From positions 42,346,001-42,410,000 of the forward strand of contig NC_043008.1 in the NCBI RefSeq assembly GCF_006345805.1: a DNA stretch of 64,000 bases, given 5' to 3'. Below are positions 40,375-53,139 of this stretch, piece after piece. Below the pieces are notes generated by a model that was not told where the DNA came from, ran no database searches, and saw only the letters and a list, made by a program, of their open reading frames with translations. Each line of letters opens with the position of its first letter. Position 1 is the first letter of the stretch. The position numbers and the translations under genes are program-made. The stretch is from Octopus sinensis (taxonomy: Eukaryota).

Positions 40375-40935
40375 TTCTTCTTATTATTCCCTCTTTCTGT
40401 TTTTCTTATCCTCCCCTTCGCCGTTCTATTTCTCCCCAACTCATTCCCCCACTCTTCCTTCTTGACTCTCTCGTTGCTCACACGTGACCAGCAGCTATCT
40501 TTCTTTTCCCCTCTTCCTTTACAAGAGACAAGACACTCTTTTGCCTATCTCCTGTCAAAGCTTGTTTCTCCAGCGTTCACCACTTCACCTCGTCATGGCT
40601 TAACAGCCCTTACCGTTTGTTTTTACTGTTTCGGTCTTACTGTCTTGTTTTTGTAACCATCTTAACCCTCCACAAATCCCAAATTTTATTTAGTTTGCTT
40701 TACGGGATAGACTGTTTTAAGGAAGTCGCGTCTTGTCCCTAATTTCGAAACGCGGAGTTGATAAAATAGGGGACAACTGATGAAAGGATTGTTCTTTATG
40801 TTTCCTGTCTATATTCTCTATTTGTTTCTTTCGTTTTTCAAACAAAAATTCGTTTTCCATTTTTATATTTTTGGTATGTTCTCGTGTTTCATTTTGTTCA
40901 CTATTTCGACGTCTTGTACCAATATATGGATGCAT
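40375..40935 (+). mobile_element. Penelope-pLTR/retrozyme-like repeat, copy C (inverted relative to B)
   Basis: Reverse-complement homolog of 28515-28950; intact hammerhead-core boxes at 40727-40787. Confidence 0.65.
40727..40787 (+). ncRNA. Candidate hammerhead-like ribozyme with non-canonical strand order
   Basis: CGCG-TC-TTGTCCCT-AA-TTTC-GAAA-CGCG-N14-GGGGACAA-CTGATGA-AAGG: stem I (8 bp) and stem III (5-6 bp) in exact register with GUC, CUGAUGA and GAAA; stem II weak. Confidence 0.45.
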
Positions 40936-41874
40936 ACAATCATATATATGTAGGTATGCGCATATATGTATATATGCATATATATATATGTACAGATATA
41001 CATATATATACATATATATATATATATATATTACATATATATATACATATATATACATACATGTATATGTATATATAGATATATACATATATATATAAAT
41101 ATATGTATACATATATAAATACATATACTAAATAATATATTATATATACACATATACAGTGAGAGAAAGAAAAAGAGAGTGAGAAAGAACGAAAGTGATA
41201 GGTTGCGTGTGTCGCTGCGTGAAAGAAAAGTCATCTGCACTTATAAATGTTTTTCTGTAGACCATTATCGATAGAAAAACTAGAATTTCTGTGTTTTATT
41301 GGTAGACTTAAAAAAAAAGTGATTTGATATTGAGAGTTGAACGTTCGGGTCTCATCGATCGAATTCCGAACAATAGATGAACTCACTCTCCAGCGCTTCT
41401 CGTATAAAATATTTGTTTTTATTTGAAGTTGGCAAATATCTGTATAACAACATTCCCGAATATGGAAGAAACGAAGAGAAAGAAGTTTTCACTGATTGCG
41501 TTCCAATTAGAAATTTATTAAACCCAATAATTTTCTGTCTGATTGCCGTAGAAAATCTGTTTAAACATTTATTAAACCGCGACAGCATTTAACTGTTTGG
41601 TTGCCGCCTCAATCGTATTTATCACATCCATGAGATATATAATTCTCTAGTATATCCCTGTCTTTGTAATATATTACGATTACAATACATACATACATAC
41701 ATACGTATATATACACACAGATATTTTCATATATATATATATATATGTTATATATATATATATATATATATAAATATCTACAAATACATTTTCATATATA
41801 CATGTACATATATATACATATATATACATATGTATATATATACATATCTACAAATATATTTTCATATATACATG

Positions 41875-41921
<47 letters not shown>

Positions 41922-41943
41922 TTTACATATTATACCCACACAC

Positions 41944-42055
<112 letters not shown>

Positions 42056-43066
42056 ACCCTAAAGCATTATTGATATTTTACTGCGTTAACTACAGAGGGT
42101 AAACACAGCTTCCATGTTTAATCTGGTTATTGTTTCCTAGCCTTAACTAGCGACCAAAGTATCTTTTACTGACGTGTTATAAATATATGAAAGAATAGTT
42201 TCTGCCTCAAAGTGATTTCTTCACTAATCACCAATTCTGCGAAATTTTGGTTTCACGCAAAGCATCTTTGTAATGTTAGAATTACACACATTGCGTACAT
42301 CACTGAACATCGATAGAGAATGAGATCGTGCGAGGTTCGCCCGAGATTAATGATTTGTTTGTTCAAGATGTAATCATCTTAATTCCTTTTATATTACTAA
42401 TTCTGTGAGAGAAATAGCCACAGACCAAACATTGGTTCATTTATCCAACTCTATATTGTTTGCGGTGTTGCCAGGATAAGAGTTTTAGAATTTCCTATTG
42501 TTTCACGTTAACGAGATTTGTGCGGTTGGGAGCGCAAGGATTAAAACACTCTCGCTACCTCGGTTCTCCCGTTACTTACCTTTCTCGTCATGACCTCTGA
42601 CATTCATTAATAAATATTAATATATTATATTTTTGTCTTACATTGACATAACCAATATTTTTTAAGAGACCTAAAGTCGTTTAAATCAAATTCATAACAC
42701 AACTTATTTTTTCATCGATTTGGGAATGATTAAAGCCTTGGAGACAAACGAGAGATTTGAAATCAATCAAAAATAAAGATTTCTGATACTAATAATAAGG
42801 TTTTCTTTAAAAATCAATAGTAAATATTAATTCCATTGTAGTTCAATTGAAATTTATGTAATTTCATACAAATATATCTAAAAGCGGATTATTTACTAAA
42901 CGTTAGCAGGATAATTGGCTCACGTCAAAGATATAATTAAGTTTTATGATATAGCTAATTAGTTTGTGCCAAGGTCTAACTGCTCGAAGATAAATGTTCA
43001 CTTCCTGTTTGAAATGAGAATCTAACGAGTTAAGACTCAGTCATGTTTACTTTGTTTAATTTTACC

Positions 43067-43099
43067 GCCACTAGACGGCGCCGTTGTTAAAGTGACTCA
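43067..43099 (+). promoter_or_regulatory. Candidate CTCF motif with adjacent AP-1 site
   Basis: GCCACTAGACGGCGC (one mismatch to the CCACTAGATGGCGC core); TGACTCA at 43093-43099. Confidence 0.3.
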
Positions 43100-43874
43100 T
43101 GAACTATATTGCTTCTTTTATCAATGTGTTATCCTAGTCTGAGCTCCCAGTAGGGTCCAACGTAGCTCGATAAAATAGCTCAGTTATTCAAGTACAGGAG
43201 TTCTTCAAATAAACCTCATGTCTCTGTAAGATATTACTGGTGCTCTGTGGTCGATATAATCGACTTGTCTCGCCCCACAAAATCTGAGGCCTTACACCAG
43301 AATTAGAAACAATAATTTACACTGAATATTCCATCACGGATAAGTGTGGCTAATAAATTCGATAGGGCAAGACTGCTGGTAAAAAGAAAAAAGCATACAA
43401 CCTGTTAAGGCTTCCATATTACAACCTTCCAACATACAAACTTCAAGGCACCCGTAATTATAAGATCGTAAGAGAAGCAGACGACAGCGGATTTTCTTTG
43501 ATTGCAACACAAATGAAAAGGTTCAACGCTTGAGCAAATTCAACAATGGTTTATAGATGAAACATAAACTTGGCTCAAACGTATATTACTGGTACCAATT
43601 TAATCAACCTCCATGGAATAGGAAACAAATACAATTAGGATTTGAACCTAGAATTACCAAGGACAAAAGTGAGCAGTTTCGTCGAATTAGAAGTGTTGGT
43701 TGTGAGGCTAACGCATTTTCCAAGTTGATTAAATACAGAAAATATTCTTTTAGTGAAATTGATTCTTAATTACAGCGATATGGGAATAGATATTTGGTAC
43801 TAGTAATTTATCAAACTGCAAATATTAGATTATAGAACGTAGAGGGATGGATCAAATAATCCTTTCCATCAGAC

Positions 43875-44070
43875 GCACAAGGCCTGAAACCTTGGAGTAG
43901 TAGTAAGTCGATTACATCGACCCCAATGTTCTACTGGAACATATTTTATCGTCAACGAAAGGATGAAAGGCAAAGTCAATCTCGGCGGAATTTGAACTCA
44001 GAACTTAAGTACCGATGAAATGCTGTTAAGCATTTTCCTCGGCATGCTAACGATTCTGCCAGCGTGTCGC
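43875..44070 (-). mobile_element. Nin/Deu-type SINE, tail B
   Basis: GCACAAGGCCTGAAA...GTCGATTACATCGACCCCA...GGATGAAAGGCAAAGTC..CGGCGGAATTTGAACTCAGAAC...GCTAACGATTCTGCCAGC. Confidence 0.88.
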
Positions 44071-44209
44071 ATTAGCTGGATCAATTAATGCAAGCTAATT
44101 TGCCTAAAGCGTTAATAATCTTGAGGTATAAAGTAATAGAACCTTTGACCCTGTTTGTGTGTGACCTGTATCATTACTGTGGCGATATTATTGTTTAGTC
44201 TGAAAATGG

Positions 44210-44412
44210 AGTTGGTGGAATCGTCCACGTGTCGGAAAAATGCTTGGCAGCATTCCACCAGATACTTACATCGTGTGCACAAATCTCGCTGAGGATGCCT
44301 TTGCCCTTCAATGTTTCGGGGTTGTTAAACTAAAGTATCAGTCAATTACTAGGGATAGTGTAATCAACTAGCCGACTCCCCGAGTTTCAGACCTCGTGCC
44401 TACATTAGAAGC
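44210..44412 (+). mobile_element. Highly diverged Nin/Deu-type SINE
   Basis: CTTTGCCCTTCA..TTTCGGGGTTG.TAAA..AAGTATCAGT...GTAATC.ACT...CCTCGTGCCTA..TTAGAA. Confidence 0.55.
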
Positions 44413-45118
44413 AGTCATTGTCTATCTCTAATTCCGTACTAGGTATGACCAATGCGTTCTTTCGTGACCATGCTATCTTTTTACATAACCAGTAGTCAAT
44501 AGGACAATGTATCATTCACTTTACAAAATACTGGTTTGTGATTTTAGAGACATCGGTTGCCATTTTTAGCATGGCACAGAACCAATAGTTTCCACCTCGT
44601 TAGCTGTTTCAACTATTAATATTATGACTGAATAAATAATCCCGTAACTCCGAGATATCTCCAAAACTCACGCTCCACCCATACCCTCGTGTATCTCTGG
44701 TTTCTTCATGCATAATAATTTCTTAATAATCAAAGGTGACAATGCCTTCAAAACAGAGTGTCGAAGAAGCCGGCGGCAGTTTCGGAATCAGATTGTGTAG
44801 CTTGCCAATTATGTAAGGAAACAACTTCTAGAGTCATTCACTTAATAAGTAAACACATAGAATCGATGTATTATTTTTAGAATATAATTTATCCAACACA
44901 ATCGAGTAATTTTATAGCAAATAACTAGTGTAATTAAATGGGTAATGAAGTCGATCCGTTAATGCTAGCCACTCGAGTTTACTGTATATATGTGCGACTG
45001 GGTATTGTGTGTGTGCGTGAGTGTGTATATATGTATATATGTGTGCCTGTGTGTAAGCGCGTTTATATATATTATATATATTTTTATATATTAATACACA
45101 TATATATGTATGTGTGTG

Positions 45119-45166
<48 letters not shown>

Positions 45167-45205
45167 TATATGAAAGAATGGAGTTGAACGACGAAATAAA
45201 TACAA

Positions 45206-45248
<43 letters not shown>

Positions 45249-45307
45249 ATATATATATATATATACATATATATATGTTTTCCCTCGGACACGAGTGGAT
45301 GGCTATC

Positions 45308-45382
<75 letters not shown>

Positions 45383-45520
45383 TTCGACGGGCTTCTGTCA
45401 GCTTCCATCTACTAAATCGACTCACAAGGCTTTGGTCGGCTCGAAGCTATGGCAAGAGACACGTGCCCAAGGTGCAATAGAGTGGGACTGAACACGGAAC
45501 CATGAGGTTGAGAGGAAGCA
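45383..45520 (-). mobile_element. Second SINE family, head/CORE fragment
   Basis: CGACGGGCTTCT.TCAG.TTCC.TCTAC.AAATC.ACTCACAAGGCTTTGGTCGGC...GCCCAAGGTGC...GTGGGACTGAAC.CGGAACCATG. Confidence 0.8.
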
Positions 45521-46239
45521 TACATATATACATAAATATATACTCATACACGCACCCATATGTATATGTGTGTGTGTGGATGTATATATATATATATTTA
45601 TACACACACACATGCTCACACACATTTATATGAACGCTTGTGTGTTTGCGTATGTTTTTACGTAAGCCTTTCTTTGCATCAGTTAATGTATATGGGTGAG
45701 CTCTTCTTTCTATATTGATTATGGCTTTTTATTTCATTTGCATATTTTTAAGAATGAAAAACAATTTATCAGAGTCTACTTTTTAAAACTAGAATCGATA
45801 TAAAATGTCAGAAGATATATCAGCGTTTATAATGTTAATTAATGCTAGATTCCCCACATTTGGGCGATCGGTAACAAGGTACAAGACGGACACAGCCACT
45901 CGGGTTTCCGCCGATGGTGTCTCGCAAAGTGGACCTTTGCGCAACAGGAAACTCTAGACTTTCTAGTTTCTTATCGTTTTGGACAGTTGCTTGATATCCC
46001 GACCGCCTGAGTGTCATCTAACCTCCATAAAAAAACAAACATTTTGTGGCAGTGTGTAGAGGATACCATACTACATGCACAAAGAAGTTGTTAGTTCAGT
46101 TAGTATAATTTTTCTTGAGTATGTTCAAACATCTCTGCCTAATTGTGCATCATGAACTGAGGTTTAAGGCGGTACAAGTGCTACAAAGACAGTGTATGCT
46201 ACAACTGTTCATGATGCAAAACCATAAGGAAACAAACGA

Positions 46240-46500
46240 ACTTCTCTTACATCTCTCCTCAATGCGGATTGCCCTTTCTAGATTTGTCTAATGATGCTAC
46301 ATTTACACCAACATGAACAGATCACCACAATGAGTTAGACCCTATAGCATTTACAACCAGAATGCGATAGAGAATAACAAGCGGCAATGGTTCGGATTTA
46401 GAACGTAAGACATAACATGTACCTCCCTAGTAGCGATTCTTCGAACTAATACTGAACCATGTCGACGTGCGCTACAGCAACACAGACGCTGAACCTATTC
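46240..46500 (+). mobile_element. Possible decayed RTE LINE C-terminal fragment
   Basis: Peptides MLHLHQHEQITT and KRQWFGFRT*D....LVAILRTNTEPCRRALQQHRR* resemble ML.I.W...ITNE / WFGHV.R...K.IL.G..EG.RRRGRQ..RW. Confidence 0.3.
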
Positions 46501-46859
46501 CGACTTCACGCTTTTGTGCCTGTTATGTTCCTAAAAAGATCCTTCTAAACTGATTAACCTGGCTGGTCGTAGATAGGTAGTCACTAACCTACAGAGTATG
46601 TCTCACTGAGGACATTCTAAGTGAGTTTCGCGTTGGTAAACATAAATCTAATAAAATATATCTTTCTCTACAAAAAAAAAGAAGAAAAATTTCAGCTACC
46701 GACTTGATATGTTTATATAAAAACTATAAACGATACATATATTGTGATTGTGTGGCATTAGGTGCGAATAGAAACAAACACACACGCTAATGTAAGCGTG
46801 GGTAAAGATATATATGCATATACATATGTGTGCGTGAATGTATAGGTACCAGTGCTTGT

Positions 46860-46891
46860 ATACATACATACATACATACACACATACATAC

Positions 46892-46938
<47 letters not shown>

Positions 46939-47109
46939 AATAAGCTTATCTATATAAATTTATATTTATATATTTGCATATCAATATATATATATATATA
47001 TACATACATAAATAAATAAATTCGTACATATACGTATGTAATATCAATACGTATAAATAACATTTTATGTATGCATGTATGTATGTATCTACATATATAC
47101 ATATACACG

Positions 47110-47148
<39 letters not shown>

Positions 47149-47152
47149 TATA

Positions 47153-47206
<54 letters not shown>

Positions 47207-47225
47207 TACATATTTATATATATAC

Positions 47226-47312
<87 letters not shown>

Positions 47313-47320
47313 ATATATTG
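46860..47320. repeat. (TA)n/(CA)n arrays
   Basis: Directly visible. Confidence 0.9.
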
Positions 47321-47772
47321 CATGTTTCATTACTTCTTTCATTTTAAATTAATTACTGGCCATGTTACATAATAATTCAACAGTAATAAATAGTTGGAAA
47401 TAGATCGATAAAAATAGTTGTTTTTTTTTATATGAATCACAAAATGATCTCAAAAACGCCTACAAAAACACGCAAAAACACTTCACAGAAAGATAAAAAT
47501 CACAGATATAAACATTAAATAACATTTTCCTATCTTTGAAAATACAGTTTTTGACATGAAAATATTGGGTACAATTGCCCAAAGTGTCAACCATTATTAA
47601 ATATCAGCATCATTGTGGTAATAGCGAAAAACAATTTTATAATTATAATCAAATGATTTTATTTTAAGTCTATATTATATTTATTTAGATACAAAAAAAA
47701 TACAACGTGCGAGGAATGAATATAATATAGTTTCTATTTCAAGTCACGTATGAGTAATATATACATACATAC

Positions 47773-47928
<156 letters not shown>

Positions 47929-48404
47929 ACATACACATACACATATACATATATATATAATGCATGCATGTGTGTGGGTGTGTCCATGTCTGTGAGTGAT
48001 GGTGTGTAGATATTTATACGATTAAATTTTACATGTGCAAAATTAATTTGAATCGGGTACAATGTATGGATAACTAATACGAAGTGAGAGATGTCAATAC
48101 GTTTGCAGAATAATGATTTATAATAATTCATTGACCGATTGGATTCATATCACAATAGGAATTTTTGCATTTAGTCTGAGTATTGCACATCTCTCCCCCC
48201 CTCTCTCTCTCTCTCTCTCAAACACACACTTATGCACTCAACACAAACACACATACATCTTTAGATAACTCTATATGTCCACGCCTACATCGGTAAAGTT
48301 TTCTGTGGCATATCAACTTAAAATATTCAAATTGCATTACCTGAAGAGGTGGGGCTTTATCAAAATCCGAACTTGCACATGTTGCGCAATGTTTCATATC
48401 AAAG

Positions 48405-48750
48405 TGTGGCTTCCTCCTTGCTGCTCTGCCATAGTAACCAGGTTTGTGGAGATACCTGACAGCTGTTCTGGGACTGATGTCAACTTGTTTTGCTATATCT
48501 GAGCCTTGCAACGAAGATTATCCTCCACACTTCTCTTAGCAAGGCAAAGGGTCCTGTCAGATCCCTTGTCGACCTGGAGGGTGTGATGCAAACTTCTTGC
48601 CCTCTTTCATGAATTTCACAATCACTCTATTAACTGTAGAAAGTGGGATCCCAAGGTATTTCTGCGATTTTACGCTAAGTCCAACTTCAGCTTGAATCAC
48701 CATACGATCCTTCTGAAATTCGGACAGTTCCAAGGCTTCTTTTGTGCATG
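48405..48750 (-). mobile_element. Tc1-family transposase N-terminal fragment (pseudogene)
   Basis: Frameshifted ELSEFQKDRMV..; RKIAEYLGIPLSTVNRVIVKFMKEG (first HTH); SDIAKQVDISPRTAVRYLHKPGYYGRAARRKP (second HTH plus RRKP motif). Confidence 0.8.
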
Positions 48751-50361
48751 GTAGGATTAAATACAGTCACATATAGAACCTAAAACATAAAAATGTCACT
48801 TAATAAAAAGATATAATCCTTTTCAAGTTAAATAAACAATGTTTTATGAGGTATCTATTTACTTCGGTCGTGTTTACACACACACACATATATATATGTG
48901 TGTGTATGTATTCACCCCGCCACACACAGACACAAAGACACACACATACACGCACGCACACACACGCACGCACACACACGCACGCACACACACACACACA
49001 CACGCGCGCGCAAATGCACGCATGCGCTGCACCCCGGTATGATTTACAAAATAATTTTCCTTTTACTAAAATGGATTGAAAACATTTCATGGCAAAAGCG
49101 AGACCTGTCGAGCGGTTTTATATTTTGTCCTATGAAATATATAAATACTTTCTGTATATTTTCCCTCCTTTTATATTTTTACAGTATAATTCACTACGAG
49201 GAGGAAATCTTTGCAACGAAGCTTTGCTCTTTTGTGTGTTTGCGCACGGCTTTGCGTGCGCGTGTTGTGTATGTGGTGTGTATGTGTATGTGTATATATA
49301 TTCACGTTTCCTTGACTATATGGCTGGATAAACAAAAATTATCCGATTGCTTAGATATCAGATTAAAATACTTCCTGCGATGGATTTGATAGTCTAAACC
49401 TTTCAAAATGGTTCCACACCATGGATGCTGTCCTGCGATAAATAAATGACGAAGAAAATAACACTATAAAATTGTTTGTGAATGCGTGTTTAAAAATTAT
49501 TACATACCTGTAATATCTGCTAAGGTATTTTATATTTCTTCTCTACCAACTGAAGGTTATTAGAGGTTTCCTTCGCGTTCCGAGCCTCAATATATAGACG
49601 CATAAATATAGCACCAGTTAAGTTAGTCCTGTTTTTTAATTTTGACACCCATTGCCGTAAGACATATAAAATACTTGTTTTATACTTTTTTTGTAGTTAT
49701 TGTGTAATACATGAAATGTTTGACTTGGCATTTCTGAAGAATAAATATGAATTGAAATTTTTTTCCGAATGGAGTGTTGGCTGTGATATATTATTGATTA
49801 CAAAACAATAAAAATTATGTTAGTTTATTTTGCGTGTTATTGTAGAATATGTGTGAACTTCACAGAATTTTAACTGTGGATTGCGATGCTGAATTGAATG
49901 TGTCTGGTGTCGGTTGAGTGTTATGCCCCGTGGGGCTATTTCCGTCTGCAATCATTATATATCAGCACTGTGTGTTTGTGGCTGGAAATAACATCGTAAT
50001 TAACAGACGATGATGTTATTAACACTGTATATTTATTATTTTTCTGAGAAATGAAGGAAACAATTAAAAATATTAATTATAAATGAAAATAATTTTAATT
50101 CTCTTAAACATTGACACAAAATAGTGTTTTATTGATTTATTTCTGTTTTGCTGCCTTTCATTTCTCTACAAGATACACGTTATAGCAACAAAGAGCAACA
50201 GGCTCTGCTCTCTGACTTTCTCGCCTCCGCACAGAGCAGGATTTAACAATACCTAAGCATTTTAACATTAAACTTCTCTTTAAAGATGAAGAAACTTGCA
50301 TTAATACAAAGAAACATCGGGGATTAACGTGTACAGGTGTAGTGTATTGGATTTAGACTGA

Positions 50362-50592
50362 GTTGGTGAGCTGGCAAAAACGTTAGCACGCCGGGCGAAA
50401 TGCTAAGCGGTATTTCGTCTACCGTTACGTTCTGAGTTCAAATCGCGCCGAGGTAGACTTTGCCTTTCATCCTTTCGAGGTCGATAAATTAAGTACCAGT
50501 TACACACTGGGGTCGATATGATCGACTTAATCCGTCTGTCTGTCCTTGTTTGTCTCCTCTGTGTTTAGCCCCTTGTGGGTAGTAAATAAATA
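50362..50592 (+). mobile_element. Solo Nin/Deu-type SINE, tail A, with target-site duplication
   Basis: Full head-to-tail unit flanked by the direct repeat GATTTAGACT (50350-50359 and 50594-50603). Confidence 0.9.
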
Positions 50593-51309
50593 AGATTTAG
50601 ACTCATTCATTTTTAAAATAAAGCTATCTTATAGTTAATATGTCGTTATAATTTTAAAATAAGTGTCCCTAGTTCGTGGCCTGTAAGTCAAAATTTACAT
50701 ATCCAGACATATAACGTCTCATAACGATTGTTAATCAAAGCGATGAAACAGATTGTGGATATAAATAAACAAATATTAATCTGTGGCATGTTATTAATAG
50801 ACGAATGAATTTAAATCTGACAAAACGTTGATGAGAATAACGAATGATGAAGCTGAATGGCAACCTCAACAATCACCTCAGTCTTTCAATGTCTCCAAAT
50901 ATAATAACCTCTGAGATTCGCTCTCTCATTCTTTAATCAATCTAGAATATTTAAAAATTTCTGTGATTGATAAAAATAAACTATACATTCTCTTATCAAA
51001 CTAGGCACTTATTTTAATAAACTATACACGATCAATTTATCAGATCATATATAACATGTGTATGTGTATGTGATTTCCAATCAAGATTTCATAAGTTGCA
51101 TTGATAATATTCTGTACGCATAAAGTTTAGATATATCGATCGATCTGTATTTCGTGACTTTTAATAGATTAATATATCTAAGAAAAAAAAATGCTACCGC
51201 AATGGAAACAATCGTTGGATTGTATTATGAAACCGTCGAATAAAAATGTGATATTCTCACACAAACACACCCACACACAATCACACCCACATACACACAC
51301 ACATACACA

Positions 51310-51364
<55 letters not shown>

Positions 51365-51382
51365 GAGGTGAGTTAGCAGAAA

Positions 51383-51603
51383 AGGCGGCGAGCTGGCAGA
51401 AACGTTAGCACTCCGGGTGAAATGCTTAGCAGTAGTTCGTCTGTCTTACGTTCTGATTTCAAATTCCACCGAGGTGGACTTTGCTTTTGATCCTTCGGGG
51501 ACGATAAATTAAGTACCAGTTGTGTACTGGGGTCGATCTAATTAATCGGCTTTCTCCCTCCCCCAAAATCTCGCCGCGCCTTGTGCCTAGAGTAGGAAAG
51601 AAT
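51383..51603 (+). mobile_element. Nin/Deu-type SINE, tail B
   Basis: AGGCGGCGAGCTGGCAGAAACGTTAGCAC ... CCTTGTGCCTAGAGTAGGAAAGAAT. Confidence 0.9.
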
Positions 51604-52751
51604 ATATATATATATATATATATATATTTGCAGTGTGCATTTTATAAATAGAGCCAAAGCCCTCCCGTGTCAGGAGCCTTTACATTTGTTTATTCCGTTT
51701 CTGTGGCGTGAATTTTGTTTCTTCTGGACGGAACACAGTCCCGTCGCATAATTACTCACTTCTGCCGTTGGAGTAAACTGGAGTAAAATGCTATGAAGTG
51801 TTTTGCAGATAGGCAAAACGCTTCGTCGGCTCAATAGATCGAAACGCAATCTCACTATCACGTGTGCACCTTCTTAACTGCTAATTCACACAACTTCAGA
51901 TTTTGTAGATGTGGGTGTCATAATTGTTGAAGTTTGAAAATGCATATTTGTGTATTAATTAAATGATTACTATTTAATAGCTATTCCTCGTTTTATATTA
52001 TTATGAATAATCTAATTTATTCAGTATAAACAGTAAATATATTTCATGTATCCGACTGTGTTATTGTTGCTACTGAATTCTATATTAATATTTAGGAAAT
52101 GTTTCCAATTGTTTCCACCATAGAAGCTACGCTCTCATCAACTAAGTATTATCCAGCTCTCTATCAAATTGTCCGTATCGCTATGTGATTCGGAAATTAT
52201 CGAGATATCATAGACGCAGCGATGATAATAAATTATTATCTTAAAAGACAAACAAACAATGTTACAATGGTTCATGAAAATAATGAAACAAAACAAAATG
52301 AAACCATTTACCAAATATCCGTCTTTGTTTCGTTGGAATTCCTGCGTATTAATGATAGGAATATGTTTCATAAAAATGTGAGAGATCTGAACCTGGGAAC
52401 AAATTCTTTAACACCATACAATAGGAATATTGACGTCAAACACCGGATATGTATTGTAAATGACAAAACCAGAGAACAATTTACCCTGCAAATATTGGTA
52501 TATTACGGGGTAGCGGGAACTTCAGAATTGTGTTTAAAGTCAACGATGGTGGTTGTGGATCTCCGTCACTTCACGATAACGATCAAGCTGTTCGACCAAC
52601 TGAATTATCTGCCCTGAATTAAAATCTTTCTGGCTTCCCGTCTGTCTGCCTCTCTGTCTGTCTCTCTTTCTCTCTCGCTCTTGCTCGCTCATTTGCATAC
52701 ACAGGGGAAAATAAGATCCCCATGCTTACATGTTTATCTGTGATATGGTTT

Positions 52752-53030
52752 ATCTATCTACATAAATGGCAATTTTTGTCTGTGTGTGCTTGTGAATTTG
52801 TTACTGTAACTCCTCTGAGACTATCCAACCAATTTTGATGATGCTTGGCACGTGCTGATGGATGGCTTGTGCCCATAATTTTTAATCAGCAAGGATTTTT
52901 CAAAAATCAGTATATTTCAATGGAAATTCTCATAGGGATGTTATTTTCTGCCAAAAGTTTTAAAGTGTTCAACCGATTTTCTTGAAATTTGTAACTCAGA
53001 GGGAATATGCACTAAGACAAATATATGCTT
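52752..53030 (+). mobile_element. Possible non-autonomous Helitron/Helentron 5' fragment
   Basis: TCTATCTACATAAA start, GTCTGTGTG, AACTCCTC...CAACCAATTTTGATGA and CAACCGATTTTCTTGAAATTT sub-repeats typical of such elements (recall-based). Confidence 0.4.
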
Positions 53031-53139
53031 TTAACCCCATGATTAAAAGTGTATGTGAGAAAAAAGTCAAGGTAGAAAATGCTGAAATAAATTAATAAAA
53101 TACATTTCAGCACCGGTTTCAATCATTGAGGCATTTTCA

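Noticed and set aside
45835-46017. GC-rich 60-aa minus ORF as a small gene or exon
   Set aside because: No recognisable motif or supported splice sites; more likely a TE relic adjoining the RTE-like fragment.
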